A DNA stretch of 64,000 bases from Calditrichia bacterium (GCA_963777955.1 CAVZSQ010000015.1:290899-354898); one strand, 5' to 3'. Positions 1 to 11,222 are shown, numbered from the stretch's first letter. Made by a program: numbers and translations. The notes: generated by a model not told the origin, from the letters alone.

Positions 1-373
1 CGATACTCAGCGGTTTACCCTGGTAAAAGTCAACCAGCACTTTGGTATTGGGCAGGATGTACAGTGCCACATCACCGACCAGACCGATATGCAATGAAAC
101 CTGGTCGAAGGTCTGGATATCCATAAAAGTATACATTTCCCCGTCTTGAAAGAGATATTCCATCTCTTTTGTTTCCAGATCAGCCTTAACGATTATATCG
201 TCGCTGCGGAAGCGTTTTTCCGCATTGGTGCCTGTACGGATACTTTTCATCTTCGTTTGAATCATCGCCCGCCAGTTACCGGGAGTAATATGTAATACTT
301 CGCTCAGTTGATAGAGATCATTATTATATTCGATGATCATTCCTTTGCGTAATTGCGTCGCTTTAATCCTCAT
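1..373 (-). CDS. efp: Elongation factor P, 5' part (runs off window); non-canonical tip loop PGNWR
   Basis: Manual translation (absent from ORF track): MRIKATQLRKGMIIEYNNDLYQLSEVLHITPGNWRAMIQTKMKSIRTGTNAEKRFRSDD...EMEYLFQDGEMYTFMDIQTFDQV. ATG at 373-371 overlaps the upstream TGA (ATGA). Confidence 0.93.
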   Translation of the reverse strand, partial: MRIKATQLRKGMIIEYNNDLYQLSEVLHITPGNWRAMIQTKMKSIRTGTNAEKRFRSDDIIVKADLETKEMEYLFQDGEMYTFMDIQTFDQVSLHIGLVGDVALYILPNTKVLVDFYQGKPLSI

Positions 374-1281
374 CTTCTTCCCTCGGAAATTTTAATCCAG
401 TTTTTATTTTTTAATTCTTCATATTTACTTTCGTCTAAAACAAATCGAAATGATTCCGCCTGGGTCTTGACAAAATCCCGGTACTCTTTTGATTTATACA
501 TCTGCTTTAAATCTTTTTCCAGCGGAACGATCTGTTGTTTGACAAACCAGGTGAATGGTTGCTGGTCACCGAGTTCCGTCACACAGCCCCAATCGATGGC
601 CCAGGATATTTTATCCAGCGGGTATTTTCCCAGAGAGCGGTTCAGCGCCAGGTATTTGGCCTGATCCAGCGGATCCAGGTAATAAAAGATCTTGGAATAA
701 AAGACCGCATTATGATAAAATTCCGGAATGTTTATCAGTCCGGCCAGATTCAAACGCCAGCAGATGATCATCAGTAATTCCACTACCACCGCAGAAAAAC
801 CCAGACCGGGATATTTTTGGCCGGGCAGTTGAGGCCGATTCTCATCGAAAGAACCGAGCAGGTTCTGTATACATAACCAGTCAATGGTCAGGCCGAGATA
901 TGTTTTGCCATTGAAAGGACAGGGATACGGCATTCTGATGGTGAAAAAATCTTTGCGCAGGACAAGTTCAATGATGATATTATCCTGGTGCTGCTGATTG
1001 TGATAAATAGTGACCTTATGACGGTAGGGATCACTGGTGTCTATGATAGTCACAACATTTTGAAATCCATGTTGCTGCAGTTTTTTATAAACACCGTATT
1101 TGTGCAGCGCCAGTCTAATCCCTTCCTCGGAGTAATATCCCAGGAAAAAAGTACTGCCCCGCCGGCCCAGGTCCAGATTGAACATGCTTTTTTCGAAAAA
1201 ATCCAATTCGGACAGATTGAGTCGCTGTAGTTGCTCAGTCTGTAACCGCTTGGCGATCAGCCAGTACTTATTGAATTTCAT
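370..1281 (-). CDS. Uncharacterised HDAC-associated protein with putative GNAT-like acyltransferase fold
   Basis: 303 aa. PGQKYPGLGF resembles GNAT motif A and HNAVFYSKIF resembles the N..A..FY.K motif. Starts 2 nt after the HDAC gene. Confidence 0.5.
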   Translation of the reverse strand: MKFNKYWLIAKRLQTEQLQRLNLSELDFFEKSMFNLDLGRRGSTFFLGYYSEEGIRLALHKYGVYKKLQQHGFQNVVTIIDTSDPYRHKVTIYHNQQHQDNIIIELVLRKDFFTIRMPYPCPFNGKTYLGLTIDWLCIQNLLGSFDENRPQLPGQKYPGLGFSAVVVELLMIICWRLNLAGLINIPEFYHNAVFYSKIFYYLDPLDQAKYLALNRSLGKYPLDKISWAIDWGCVTELGDQQPFTWFVKQQIVPLEKDLKQMYKSKEYRDFVKTQAESFRFVLDESKYEELKNKNWIKISEGRR

Positions 1282-1283
1282 GC

Positions 1284-2213
1284 TTATCTCAGAAATATTT
1301 CCCTGATAAAATCATAATAGATATTCCAACTCTGCGGACCGTACCCGCCGCCGGCCAGTATGACCATAGGTACCTTTTTGGCCTGCACCAGATTAAAGAC
1401 GAACAGGTTGCGAACCAGCATTTGCTCGCGGGTTAACTTCATATCGCCTATCGTATCGGCCTCGTACGGATCGGATCCGGCGATATAGAAAACCAGATCA
1501 GGATTAAAATTATTAAAAGCGGGCGGCAAAGTTGACTGCAAAATTTCCAGATAGTGTTGTCCGTCGCTTTTTTCCGGTACGATAATATCAATATTGTTTT
1601 CTTTGCTGACAGTCAGCCAGGGATTGGCATGCATCGAATAAGTCATCACCGCCGGGTCATCTTTGAAGATCAGTAAATTGCCGTCGCCCTGATGATAATC
1701 CAGATCTATGATCATCGGTTTATGAATTAATTTCTTTTTGCGGTATTTGCTTATAGCAATGGCCACGTCATTGATCAGACAAAATCCGGCGGCCTGATCG
1801 GGCCGGGCATGATGAAAACCACCCCCCAGATTGAATACCACACCCTGGTTCTTGATGGCATGTTCTGTGGCCAACAGGGTGCCACCGGTAACAATGCGGA
1901 AAAATTCCAGAATGGACGAATCCCAGGGTGTATCCATGTAGATATGAAAAAGCTGGCTGACATGAGCAGGGTCCTGAATATTCTTTAAATAGGGTTGCGT
2001 ATGGACCAGGCCCATATCGTGATAATTCACCATCCCGGGTATCAGAATTTTTTTCCGGTTAATAATTTTTTTTTCGACCAGGGTATCGCGGATGCGCTTG
2101 AATTTCATGGCATCGATCGTGTCAATCTGGTTCACGCCGCTTAAACCGTGATAATAGTCATGGGAGAATACCACCCATGTATTTTTTTTCCTGAGCAATG
2201 AGCGCAGTCTCAT
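1284..2213 (-). CDS. Zn-dependent histone-deacetylase family protein (AcuC/AphA superfamily)
   Basis: GGGFHHA, GFC, DLDYHQGDG, AGSD and GGGY motifs intact. Confidence 0.92.
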   Translation of the reverse strand: MRLRSLLRKKNTWVVFSHDYYHGLSGVNQIDTIDAMKFKRIRDTLVEKKIINRKKILIPGMVNYHDMGLVHTQPYLKNIQDPAHVSQLFHIYMDTPWDSSILEFFRIVTGGTLLATEHAIKNQGVVFNLGGGFHHARPDQAAGFCLINDVAIAISKYRKKKLIHKPMIIDLDYHQGDGNLLIFKDDPAVMTYSMHANPWLTVSKENNIDIIVPEKSDGQHYLEILQSTLPPAFNNFNPDLVFYIAGSDPYEADTIGDMKLTREQMLVRNLFVFNLVQAKKVPMVILAGGGYGPQSWNIYYDFIREIFLR

Positions 2214-2216
2214 TTT

Positions 2217-3215
2217 TTATTCTTCCCCCAGCTCACCTGCCAGCGCCAGGCTGAAATATTTCTTAATCAAATGCGGATCATTAAAATTTCCCAGCAGCAA
2301 CATGAGTTTTACCAGGGCAGCTTCGGTAGTCATATCCTGCAGCGAAATACACCCTAATTTTTCAGCCTGTTTGCCAAATTCGTAGAGATGCATATCAACC
2401 TGACCGTGTACCGACTGGCTGCCTATAAAAACTAGTTTTCCGGCAGCCAGCAGAGCGGTGATGAATTTTAACCAGTTCGGTCGCGGATTGGGCAGATTAC
2501 CTACTCCATAACCCAGCAGCAGGATGGCCCGCACCGCAGTTTTAAAAACAAATCCGTACAGCTCCGGTTCGAGTCCGGGATAAATCTGGATGACCATTAA
2601 TCCGGAATCGAATACCGGTTTTAATAATGATCGCTGCTTTGAATTCAGAAAATTATGCGGATGCAGTTGAATATTTAAACCGATGGAAGCCAGTTCCGGA
2701 TAGTTGGGTGATTCGAAGCCGGCATAACTTTCCATGCTTAATTTTTTGGTCCGGTTACCCCGCAGCAATTTATTTCCGAAACAGATGGCTACTTCCGGAA
2801 TGGGGTGTGTGGCTAATTCCACGGCGTTAATCAGGTTTCCACGGGCATCGGAGCGAATAGCGGATAAGGGACGTTGAGCACCGGTCAGAATTATGGGTTT
2901 GCGCAAACCGATCAACAGATATGATAAGGCTGCTGCCGTATAGACCAGAGTATCGGTGCCATGGATTATGACGAAACCATCATAATGATCCTGCTCAATT
3001 TTAATAATTGAAAAAATCTTCAACCATTCGTCAGGACTGATATTGGAACTATCAAGATTGAACGGGATTTTAAAATGAATATGGGCAATATCCTTTAACA
3101 GTGGCAGATATTTTTCTATATCGGCTTTGATGTTGCCTGGTTTCAGGGTCATCGACGGCAGAACCGGAGTCATGCCGAAGGTTCCACCGGTATGGATGAT
3201 TAGAATGTTTTTCAT
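2217..3215 (-). CDS. ansA: L-asparaginase type I
   Basis: HTGGTFGM, DSSN, HGTDT, TGAQRP and RGNR motifs. Confidence 0.9.
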   Translation of the reverse strand: MKNILIIHTGGTFGMTPVLPSMTLKPGNIKADIEKYLPLLKDIAHIHFKIPFNLDSSNISPDEWLKIFSIIKIEQDHYDGFVIIHGTDTLVYTAAALSYLLIGLRKPIILTGAQRPLSAIRSDARGNLINAVELATHPIPEVAICFGNKLLRGNRTKKLSMESYAGFESPNYPELASIGLNIQLHPHNFLNSKQRSLLKPVFDSGLMVIQIYPGLEPELYGFVFKTAVRAILLLGYGVGNLPNPRPNWLKFITALLAAGKLVFIGSQSVHGQVDMHLYEFGKQAEKLGCISLQDMTTEAALVKLMLLLGNFNDPHLIKKYFSLALAGELGEE

Positions 3216-3244
3216 TTTCCTGACTGATTATACTTAATATAATT

Positions 3245-3270
3245 AAAAAGCCGGGATAAATCCCGGCTTT
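3245..3270 (-). terminator. Rho-independent terminator downstream of ppdK
   Basis: AAAAAGCCGGGATAAATCCCGGCTTT hairpin with a U-tract on the minus strand. Confidence 0.7.
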
Positions 3271-3305
3271 ATTCTTACTCAATCATCTAATTGTGCTTTT
3301 CCATT

Positions 3306-5988
3306 CTATTTTGCGGTACGGATTGCTTCCTGCGCGGCCGCTAAACGGGCAATCGGTACGCGGTAAGGAGAGCAACTTACATAATTCATACCCACGCGGT
3401 GACAAAAACCAACTGAGCGGGGTTCACCGCCATGCTCGCCGCAGATACCGATCTTCAGCCCGGGCTTGGTCTCCCGCCCTTTCTTGACAGCCATTTCCAC
3501 CAGCTGCCCGACACCGGTCTGATCGAGTGTCTGGAAAGGATCATCCGGCAGAACCTGCTTCTGTTCATATTCAGCCAGAAATTTACCCGCATCATCACGG
3601 GAGAAACCAAAAGTCATCTGGGTCAGATCGTTGGTACCAAAAGAAAAGAATTCAGCCTCCTCGGCTATCTCATTGGCAGTTAAAGCCGCCCGGGGTACTT
3701 CGATCATGGTTCCAATCATGTAGTCAACCTTGACTTTAAACTCTTTCTGTACCTGTTCGGCAGTGTTCTTGACCAATGTTTTTTGATTGGTTAATTCTGC
3801 TTTGGTCCCCACCAGCGGAATCATGATTTCCGGATATACTTTGACTCCCTCCTTGGTCAACTGACAGGCTGCTTCCATGATTGCCCTGGCCTGCATCTCG
3901 GTAATTTCGGGATAGGTAATACCGAGGCGGCAGCCGCGGTGTCCCAGCATCGGATTGATCTCGTGCAAAGAAGCTACCTTCGCTTTCACTTCATCCACGG
4001 ATGTACCCAGTTCGTCAGCCATCTCTTTTTGGCTCTTGTCATCCTGCGGTAAAAATTCATGCAGAGGCGGATCCAGGGTACGGACGGTTACCGGCAGATC
4101 GTGCATCGCTTTGAAGATCCCGTAGAAATCCTCTCTTTGATAGGGCAATAATTTTGCCAGTGCTTTACGGCGGCCGGCTTCATCATTAGCCAGGATCATT
4201 TCACGTACTGCTTTAATGCGGTCGCCTTCAAAGAACATATGCTCGGTACGGCAGAGTCCGATACCTTCGGCGCCGAATTTCCTGGCTACTTCTGCATCAT
4301 GAGGCGTGTCGGCATTGGTGCGCACCTTCAGTTTACGGTATTGGTCCGCCCAGGACATCAATATACCAAATTTACCGGATAGTTCGGGTGTAACAGTTGG
4401 CACTTTTCCTTCGATCACTTCACCGGTTGAACCATCCAGCGAGATCCAGTCCCCTTCTTTTAAGGTCAGTTTACCGACTTTTAAATGTTTCTTTTTATAA
4501 TCAATGTTTAAAACTGAACAACCGGCCACGCAACAGGTTCCCATCCCGCGCGCCACAACTGCTGCATGGGAGGTCATCCCGCCGCGGGAAGTCAATATGC
4601 CTTCGGCTACGTTCATACCACCGATATCTTCCGGTGATGTTTCAATTCGCACCAGCAATACCTGCTCCCCTTTGGCTGCCCAGGCTTCCGCATCATCAGC
4701 GTGAAAAACAATGCGTCCGGTGGCAGCACCGGGTGAAGCCGGTAAACCTTTGGCAATAACATTCTTTTTCAGCTTTCGGATCGAAAGTGGGATGCAATAA
4801 CTGGTCAATCTGGTTAGGATCGAGCCGCATTATCGCTGTCTTGGTATCGATTAATTTTTCATCGGCCATTTCGACGGCTATGCGCACTGCAGCAGCCGCA
4901 GTACGCTTTCCGTTGCGGGTCTGCAACATCCACAGTTTGCCTTTTTGAATGGTAAACTCAATATCCTGCATGTCCCGGTAATGCTTTTCCAGCAGATTGT
5001 AGATTCGATCCAGGTCCTTGTAGGCGGCCGGCATGATCGATTGCAATGTCTGTTGCTCTTTACTGGTTTTAGTAGATTCATTCACCGGCTGTGGATTACG
5101 GATACCTGCTACCACATCTTCACCCTGAGCGTTTACCAGGTATTCACCGTAGAATTTTCTTTCACCGGTGGCCGGATCGCGCGTAAAGGCCACACCGGTA
5201 GCGCAATCTTCGCCCATATTGCCGTATACCATGGCCTGCACGTTAACAGCGGTACCCCAGTTAGCCGGGATATTATGTAATTTACGGTAGGTTAAAGCGC
5301 GTTGATTGTTCCAGGACTGAAACACGGCGCTGATGGCCCCCCACAATTGTTCCCAGGGATCAGTGGGGAAATCCCTGCCGGTATTTTTCTTGATGGCGGT
5401 TTTAAATAGTTGAACCAATTCTTTCAAATCAGCCGCAGAAAGTTCCGTGTCCAGTTTCACACCGCGTTTCTGTTTTAACTCATGGATGATAACCTCGAAA
5501 GGATCCTCCTCTTCCTTTGACTGCGGTTTCATTCCCAGCACCACGTCTCCGTACATCTGAGCGAAGCGCCGGTAGGAGTCCCAGCCAAAACGTTCATTTT
5601 TTGAATTGGTTATCAGGCCCTGCACCGTTTTATCATTCAAACCAAGATTCAGCACGGTATCCATCATACCCGGCATGGAAGCCGGTGCTCCGGAACGCAC
5701 CGAAACCAACAGCGGATTTTTAGGATCGCCGAATGTCGCACCCATGATCTTTTCAATATAGACCACGCCGGCCTTAACCTGATTTATAACCTCCTGGGCA
5801 TATTTGCCCTTGCTCTTGTAGAATTCATTGCAGATTTCAGTCGAAATGGTGAAGCCAGCCGGTACCGGGATGCCCAGATTAGCCATCTCAGCCAGATTCG
5901 CACCTTTGCCGCCCAGCAAAAGTTTCATATCGGCTTTTCCTTCAGCTTTTCCATCTCCAAACTTGTAAACAGACTTAGCAGCGGACAT
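3306..5988 (-). CDS. ppdK: Pyruvate, phosphate dikinase; split by a 1-nt homopolymer indel near 4765-4770 (probable sequencing error)
   Basis: [49 protein letters not shown] and ICGEHGG across the two ORFs. Start MSAAKSVY follows GGAGG. Confidence 0.95.
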
Positions 5989-6252
5989 ATTTCCTCCAAA
6001 CAGTTGTAATATTATCATCAGATAAATTTCATAAATAAACAACGAATTTATGACACCCTTCCAACATTATCAATATAATTTCGGCTATTTTTCCGGAACT
6101 TTTGAGTAAATTCAGGTTAATTTTTAAAATTTATTTAATTACGACGAATCTTATTCACGCCGAATGTCGTTAGTATAAAATATTATGGCATCTGTCTGAA
6201 CTTATTACACAGGCGACCAGGTTATCAGTTATTATAAAGGAATAAAATTAAA

Positions 6253-8655
6253 ATGAAACAGAGATGTTCTTTGCGGTTTCGACTCATACTTATAATGTAC
6301 TTTGCTTTAATACTACTTGCTGCTGCCGGCCAGGCCTGGTCACAAACGACCATCTATGGTTTTATACGCGACCAGCAGACCAGAGAGGCATTGCTAGCGG
6401 CAAACATACAGATTGCCGGCAGTTATCGTGGTACAATTTCTAACGCTGACGGCAAATTCCTGATTGAACTGCAGCAAATACCGGATACTTTAATCGTCAG
6501 TTATATCGGCTATGAAACTCAAAAAATCATTATCGCTGCCAGGCCTGACCAGGAACTGCAAATATTCCTGAAACGGATACTTCTGGAAATGCCGCCGGTA
6601 GTGGTGATCGCCGAAGATCCGGCTATTGAGATTATGCGTAAAGTTATTAATCGCAAAAAAATATGGCGGGATGCGCTAAAAACCTATCAGGCCAGGGCAT
6701 ACAGCCGGTTGGTACTGGAGAATGACTCGGGTATAGTCTCTATTGCCGAAAGCATTTCCGAAACATACTGGGATCGTGAAAAAGGCCTGCGCGAACTCAT
6801 CAAATCCAAGAAACAGACCAGTAATTTAAGCGAACAGGAGAATCTGGCCATTGCCAGTTACATTCCGAACTTTTATGATGATGATATCGATGAACAGGGA
6901 TACAAGGTGATCGGACCTACCCACCCCGCTGCACTGGATTATTATGATTTTAAACTGGAAAAGGTCCGTTTCCTGGGCGAGCAGGATGTCTTCACTATCC
7001 GGGTTATACCGGCCAGCAAATTACAGCCTACCTTTGAAGGGACGCTCGAGGTGCAGGATAGTACCTTTGCCCTGCTGGCAGTAAATTTGAAACCTGGTTC
7101 TGCTATACTTTATCCCTGGCCGATCCAGGAATGGAATCTGCAGTACCGGCAACAATTCAGTAATTTCGGTAAAATTTACTGGTTCCCGGTGGATTACCGT
7201 GTTGAAGGAACCATCAGAATCGGTCTGACCGGTTTGCAATTCCCCAGAATCCATTATAAGCGTATTACCGGATTGACCGATTACCAGATTAACATCCTTT
7301 TACCCGATTCGCTATATCAGAAAAAAGATTTTCTCTCCGTGGATTCGCTGGCCCTGAAGGATCCGGGTCTTTTTACTGAACGTCAGGCAATAATTCCGCT
7401 GACCCGACTTGAAGAAGTTGCCTATCAAACTCTGGATAGTACTATGACCCTGAGCAAGGCTTTTAAACCAAGCGGATTTCTGGCCAGGTTGGTTGAGGTA
7501 CGGGTTGAGGGCGACCGCGAGGATAAAGGGAAAAAATCCAGTAACTTCTTTACTTATCTGGACCCGCAGGTCTGGTTTAACCGTGTGGATGGATTACATG
7601 CCGGACTAAAGTACACTCCCCGCTTAGCGGAACGGCTGCATTTAAGTCTGCTGGCTGCCTATAAAACCGGTATGAAGCGCGGAGCGTATGCAGCCGGACT
7701 GGAATACCGTTTCAGCACTAAAAATCCTGCACGCTTAAAACTCGCTTACAGCAGTAACACGGATATACGCGGCGGGGATTCTGAAAACTATTCCCGTACC
7801 CTGGCCAGTGTGGCTCCTCTGCTGGCGGCTGCAGACTATTTTGATTATTACTGGAACAAATCATTTCAGGTTGAAACTGCCCTGCCGGTCGGTTTTTTAA
7901 AATCGCTGGTTACAGTGCAGTTTAACAGCGAGATCCATAGTTCGGCCAGTAAACATACTGATTTCAACCTGCTTGCTGCGGATTATAGGCAACGATTCAA
8001 TCCGGGGATAGAATCGGGTAATTTGCGGGCACTTGAATTACAGATCCGTTTTGGAGATACTTATATTCCGTTTGGTATGGTTGGGCAAAAGCGATTGGAG
8101 TTCAAAATTGAAATCAGTTCACCGGGGCTATTCCGCAGTGATTATAACTATAGCAGATATAATGTCGGTGCCGATTATAGTTTGAATACCTGGTTAAAGC
8201 GACGTTTATTACCAATGTCCCTGGATTTACATCTTGCCGGAGGTTTTGCTCAGGGTAAATTGCCCGTGCAGAAATTATATAAAATTGACGGCAGTTTGTC
8301 AGGTTTCAGTCCTTTTGGTACCTTGCGCACCCTGGCTTCCCGGCCCTATGAAGGAGAAAAATATGCAGTTATTTTTCTGGAGCACAATTTCAGGACCATC
8401 CTGTTCGAATTAATGGGTTTGGATTTTCTGACCCGCAATGGAATCGGCATCATCATTCATGGTGCTGCCGGCCGGACCTGGATTTCAGCAGAAAGATTGG
8501 AAACGACAAAATTTAAGATCCGCACTACAGACCGCCTGCATCAGGAGATTGGCCTTTCTCTCAACGGATTGTTTAATATGTTCCGTCTTGATGTAACCCG
8601 GCGCCTGGATAGAAATAATACCTTTATCGGTTTTGGATTATCGAGATTTTTTTAA
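6253..8655 (+). CDS. Outer-membrane protein with CarboxypepD_reg-like N-terminus and DUF5686-type body
   Basis: Signal peptide; GFIRD..T.EAL..ANI...GTISN.DG.F...VSYIGY motif; beta-strand-rich C-terminus ending in Phe. Confidence 0.75.
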   Translation: MKQRCSLRFRLILIMYFALILLAAAGQAWSQTTIYGFIRDQQTREALLAANIQIAGSYRGTISNADGKFLIELQQIPDTLIVSYIGYETQKIIIAARPDQELQIFLKRILLEMPPVVVIAEDPAIEIMRKVINRKKIWRDALKTYQARAYSRLVLENDSGIVSIAESISETYWDREKGLRELIKSKKQTSNLSEQENLAIASYIPNFYDDDIDEQGYKVIGPTHPAALDYYDFKLEKVRFLGEQDVFTIRVIPASKLQPTFEGTLEVQDSTFALLAVNLKPGSAILYPWPIQEWNLQYRQQFSNFGKIYWFPVDYRVEGTIRIGLTGLQFPRIHYKRITGLTDYQINILLPDSLYQKKDFLSVDSLALKDPGLFTERQAIIPLTRLEEVAYQTLDSTMTLSKAFKPSGFLARLVEVRVEGDREDKGKKSSNFFTYLDPQVWFNRVDGLHAGLKYTPRLAERLHLSLLAAYKTGMKRGAYAAGLEYRFSTKNPARLKLAYSSNTDIRGGDSENYSRTLASVAPLLAAADYFDYYWNKSFQVETALPVGFLKSLVTVQFNSEIHSSASKHTDFNLLAADYRQRFNPGIESGNLRALELQIRFGDTYIPFGMVGQKRLEFKIEISSPGLFRSDYNYSRYNVGADYSLNTWLKRRLLPMSLDLHLAGGFAQGKLPVQKLYKIDGSLSGFSPFGTLRTLASRPYEGEKYAVIFLEHNFRTILFELMGLDFLTRNGIGIIIHGAAGRTWISAERLETTKFKIRTTDRLHQEIGLSLNGLFNMFRLDVTRRLDRNNTFIGFGLSRFF

Positions 8656-8693
8656 TTCGGATAACTGTTCTTATCCTGTCATGAGCAGCCGTT

Positions 8694-9560
8694 TTATTTC
8701 TTTAAACTGGTTTCCCCGCTCTGGTCAAAAGAAAAAGTCGATTGGGGGATGCCCAGGTTCGGAACAGAAAGATTTAGATCACCGTTCAATTTAAAGGAAA
8801 GCGGTTTATTGCTGCTGAGTAACTGGTAGACCGATGAGCCAATCTGTATAAAATTAAGGGAAAGCGGCAGAGTTAAAGTCTGATTCTTCTTTTCATTCAG
8901 CGAAAAACCCTTGACGGCCGCGGCCTGCACCCAATTAACACCATTTACAGCCAGTCCGTAGTTTAAGTTATTGAATAAGACTGCAAAAGCATTAGCATTC
9001 TTGACATTTAACTTCAATTCGAGATTAGCCCCGGCCAGATTCAGGCTGTTCAGTTTAATTCCTTCCAGGCTGACATTCGGGATTTTGGGCAACGGTACCG
9101 AGCCTTTTTTCGATATTGGAATACGGGTGGCGCCCAGCACAGGCAGATCGAAGGTCAGGCCGCAATCCAGTTGATAAGCAGAAGTGTCCTGATTGATCAG
9201 GCTGGTGACCGTCTGATACATATCGACCAGTTTCAGAGTCAGCGGCAAACTCACTATATTGTCGGCATAGGCGGCAATTTCGATCCCCTGATTCTGATTG
9301 CCGCTGAGAAAAGAGTTGTCATTTATCAGCAACTGGTAATCGAGTCCCTGCAGTTTTATGGCCAGGTTATTCGTATTCTTGATGTTCAGATCAAACAGCA
9401 GCGTTAACTCTGTAAAAGACAGACCGGTGATTGAAGTATTTGCCACCGAAACTTCCGGCGGCTTGATCTGGGATTGCTGTAAAAGATTCAGCACATTCTG
9501 GCATGAAAATAATAGAAAAGGTATGATCATAATGATGAACAGGCTACGATAGGATTTCAT
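8694..9560 (-). CDS. Lipoprotein with two LEA_2/WHy domains
   Basis: Lipobox LFSC; two repeats of the L.L...N.N..A..L..L.Y.L.IN pattern. Confidence 0.8.
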   Translation of the reverse strand: MKSYRSLFIIMIIPFLLFSCQNVLNLLQQSQIKPPEVSVANTSITGLSFTELTLLFDLNIKNTNNLAIKLQGLDYQLLINDNSFLSGNQNQGIEIAAYADNIVSLPLTLKLVDMYQTVTSLINQDTSAYQLDCGLTFDLPVLGATRIPISKKGSVPLPKIPNVSLEGIKLNSLNLAGANLELKLNVKNANAFAVLFNNLNYGLAVNGVNWVQAAAVKGFSLNEKKNQTLTLPLSLNFIQIGSSVYQLLSSNKPLSFKLNGDLNLSVPNLGIPQSTFSFDQSGETSLKK

Positions 9561-9633
9561 AGTTATTGCTCCTCTGCTCTATTGTATAAATATTTATGTT
9601 GCTAATCTAATGAAAAATAGAAATAAAAGTAGC

Positions 9634-11064
9634 CTAATTTTTAGGCAGGGAGATCGTATATTCGCAAAAATTTTCGCTGGTAAAAGTGATTTTTATTTTC
9701 CCGCCGTGCATTTTCAGTTTTTTCTTGACCAGATCCATGTCGCTGAATATTTCTTTACTGTATTCGGCCTCGGTTAAATTTGAGGAAGCCAGACTGGGCA
9801 TAAACAGCAAGCGGATGACCTCGGAGCCAAGGTGATCACCGGGTAAGGCGTTGCCGATGGCTGAAATTTCAGTTTCACTCGAATCGATGGTCTTCTGTAA
9901 TAAGCGCTCAATACGGATCAGCCGGCCGTCATGCCGTAATTTAAATCCGAAAATACGCCGGTCGGCATAAGTCTCGATTTCAATTATACCAGTCGGATTT
10001 TTATTGGCCGACTTCCTCTCTTCGGGTTTTTCGATGCAATAAAAAACGGAAAAACGGATCAGCAGGATCAGGAATTCACGGACAATTTGCTGATGTGAAT
10101 ACGGGATGATTGAATTATCAAAATTTTTATAATTGAACTGAATTTTCCTGCCCAGTTCTTTGGCCAGATTTTCCACCAGATTTTGCAGGGAGCGGATCAT
10201 CAGACCGCCTTCGTATCTGCGGGTGGGACGCAACGAATTATTGAAATGTTTGAAGCGTTGCATCAATAATTTAACATCTTCCAGCATATGCCGGATCTCG
10301 CCCAGTTGAATAACTGCCGGCACAAAATCACTGCCCACAATTTCCGCACGGTCTTTAATTTTGCCTATTTCCACTTCAAAGTTTATCAACTTATCTTTGA
10401 AAAACTTAAGATTAAGCAGGGAAGCATTGCTTTTCAGGTGGTGGACAGTGCGTAAAATTTTATGCAGGATTATTTTGCAGTCCTCGGTCCCATGGGCATT
10501 TTTAAGTTCCGTGTCGATGTTATTCATCTCAATTTCGGTGACTTCAATGAATTCTTTGAGCAGGGGCGGTGCAATGCCCAGAATACAGACCAGCCATTCC
10601 ATTTGCTTCTCGGTCGTTTTTTCGATCTCTTCCAGTTTTTTGGTCAGGGAGATCTGCTTGGTCAGATCTTCAACCGTACAAATGAGTTTGGCAATAGCGC
10701 CCTCGGCCCGGATTCGTTTAAACTTGAAGGACAGGAATTTTGAAGAGGTCCATAAACCCCAGCGATTTTCAAATTGAAATTCGCTGAGATGCAGGGGATT
10801 TAACTCATTGATTGTTTCTTCATCAAGATCGTCACGAAACATCAGATTAAGAAATTCCAGGGTATTGCTGATAATATTTTCAGGCACACGGTGTTCAAGC
10901 AGGGATATAAAATTCTGGCCGGCCGTGACTTTTTGATCGATAATAGATTCCAGGGAAGAAGAGAAATTTTCTTCGATTTCAAATTGCGGATTTAGAAAAA
11001 AAAGACCCTCATCGATCGCGAAGAGGATCAAATTTTTCTCACTGTCAAGTGGTATTGTGTGCAT
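9634..11064 (-). CDS. CheA-like Hpt protein with degenerate HATPase domain (pseudokinase)
   Basis: Paralogous to the C-terminal ~470 aa of the two upstream kinases. Hpt TVHHLKSNASLL intact; N, G1 and G2 boxes lost. Confidence 0.75.
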   Translation of the reverse strand: MHTIPLDSEKNLILFAIDEGLFFLNPQFEIEENFSSSLESIIDQKVTAGQNFISLLEHRVPENIISNTLEFLNLMFRDDLDEETINELNPLHLSEFQFENRWGLWTSSKFLSFKFKRIRAEGAIAKLICTVEDLTKQISLTKKLEEIEKTTEKQMEWLVCILGIAPPLLKEFIEVTEIEMNNIDTELKNAHGTEDCKIILHKILRTVHHLKSNASLLNLKFFKDKLINFEVEIGKIKDRAEIVGSDFVPAVIQLGEIRHMLEDVKLLMQRFKHFNNSLRPTRRYEGGLMIRSLQNLVENLAKELGRKIQFNYKNFDNSIIPYSHQQIVREFLILLIRFSVFYCIEKPEERKSANKNPTGIIEIETYADRRIFGFKLRHDGRLIRIERLLQKTIDSSETEISAIGNALPGDHLGSEVIRLLFMPSLASSNLTEAEYSKEIFSDMDLVKKKLKMHGGKIKITFTSENFCEYTISLPKN

Positions 11065-11222
11065 CCCTAAGTTCTCTTACGACAAAGCGCATCATCAATT
11101 ATTGGGATCAAAAAAATCGAGCTTATAATCCGCACCGGCACATGGATATAAACTCCCCCTGGCGATACCGTCGACCGGTCATTTATCAGCCGGCTGGTTT
11201 TCAGCCCCGGCTAAGACCCTTG

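Noticed and set aside
4755..4780. Programmed frameshift or true split of ppdK
   Set aside because: One extra base in an A-run restores KAEKNVIAKG, and similar indels occur throughout the contig.
11070..11222. Riboswitch or ncRNA between cheX and the pseudokinase
   Set aside because: Only one imperfect hairpin (AGCCGGCTG...CAGCCCCGGCT) and no recognisable Rfam motif.
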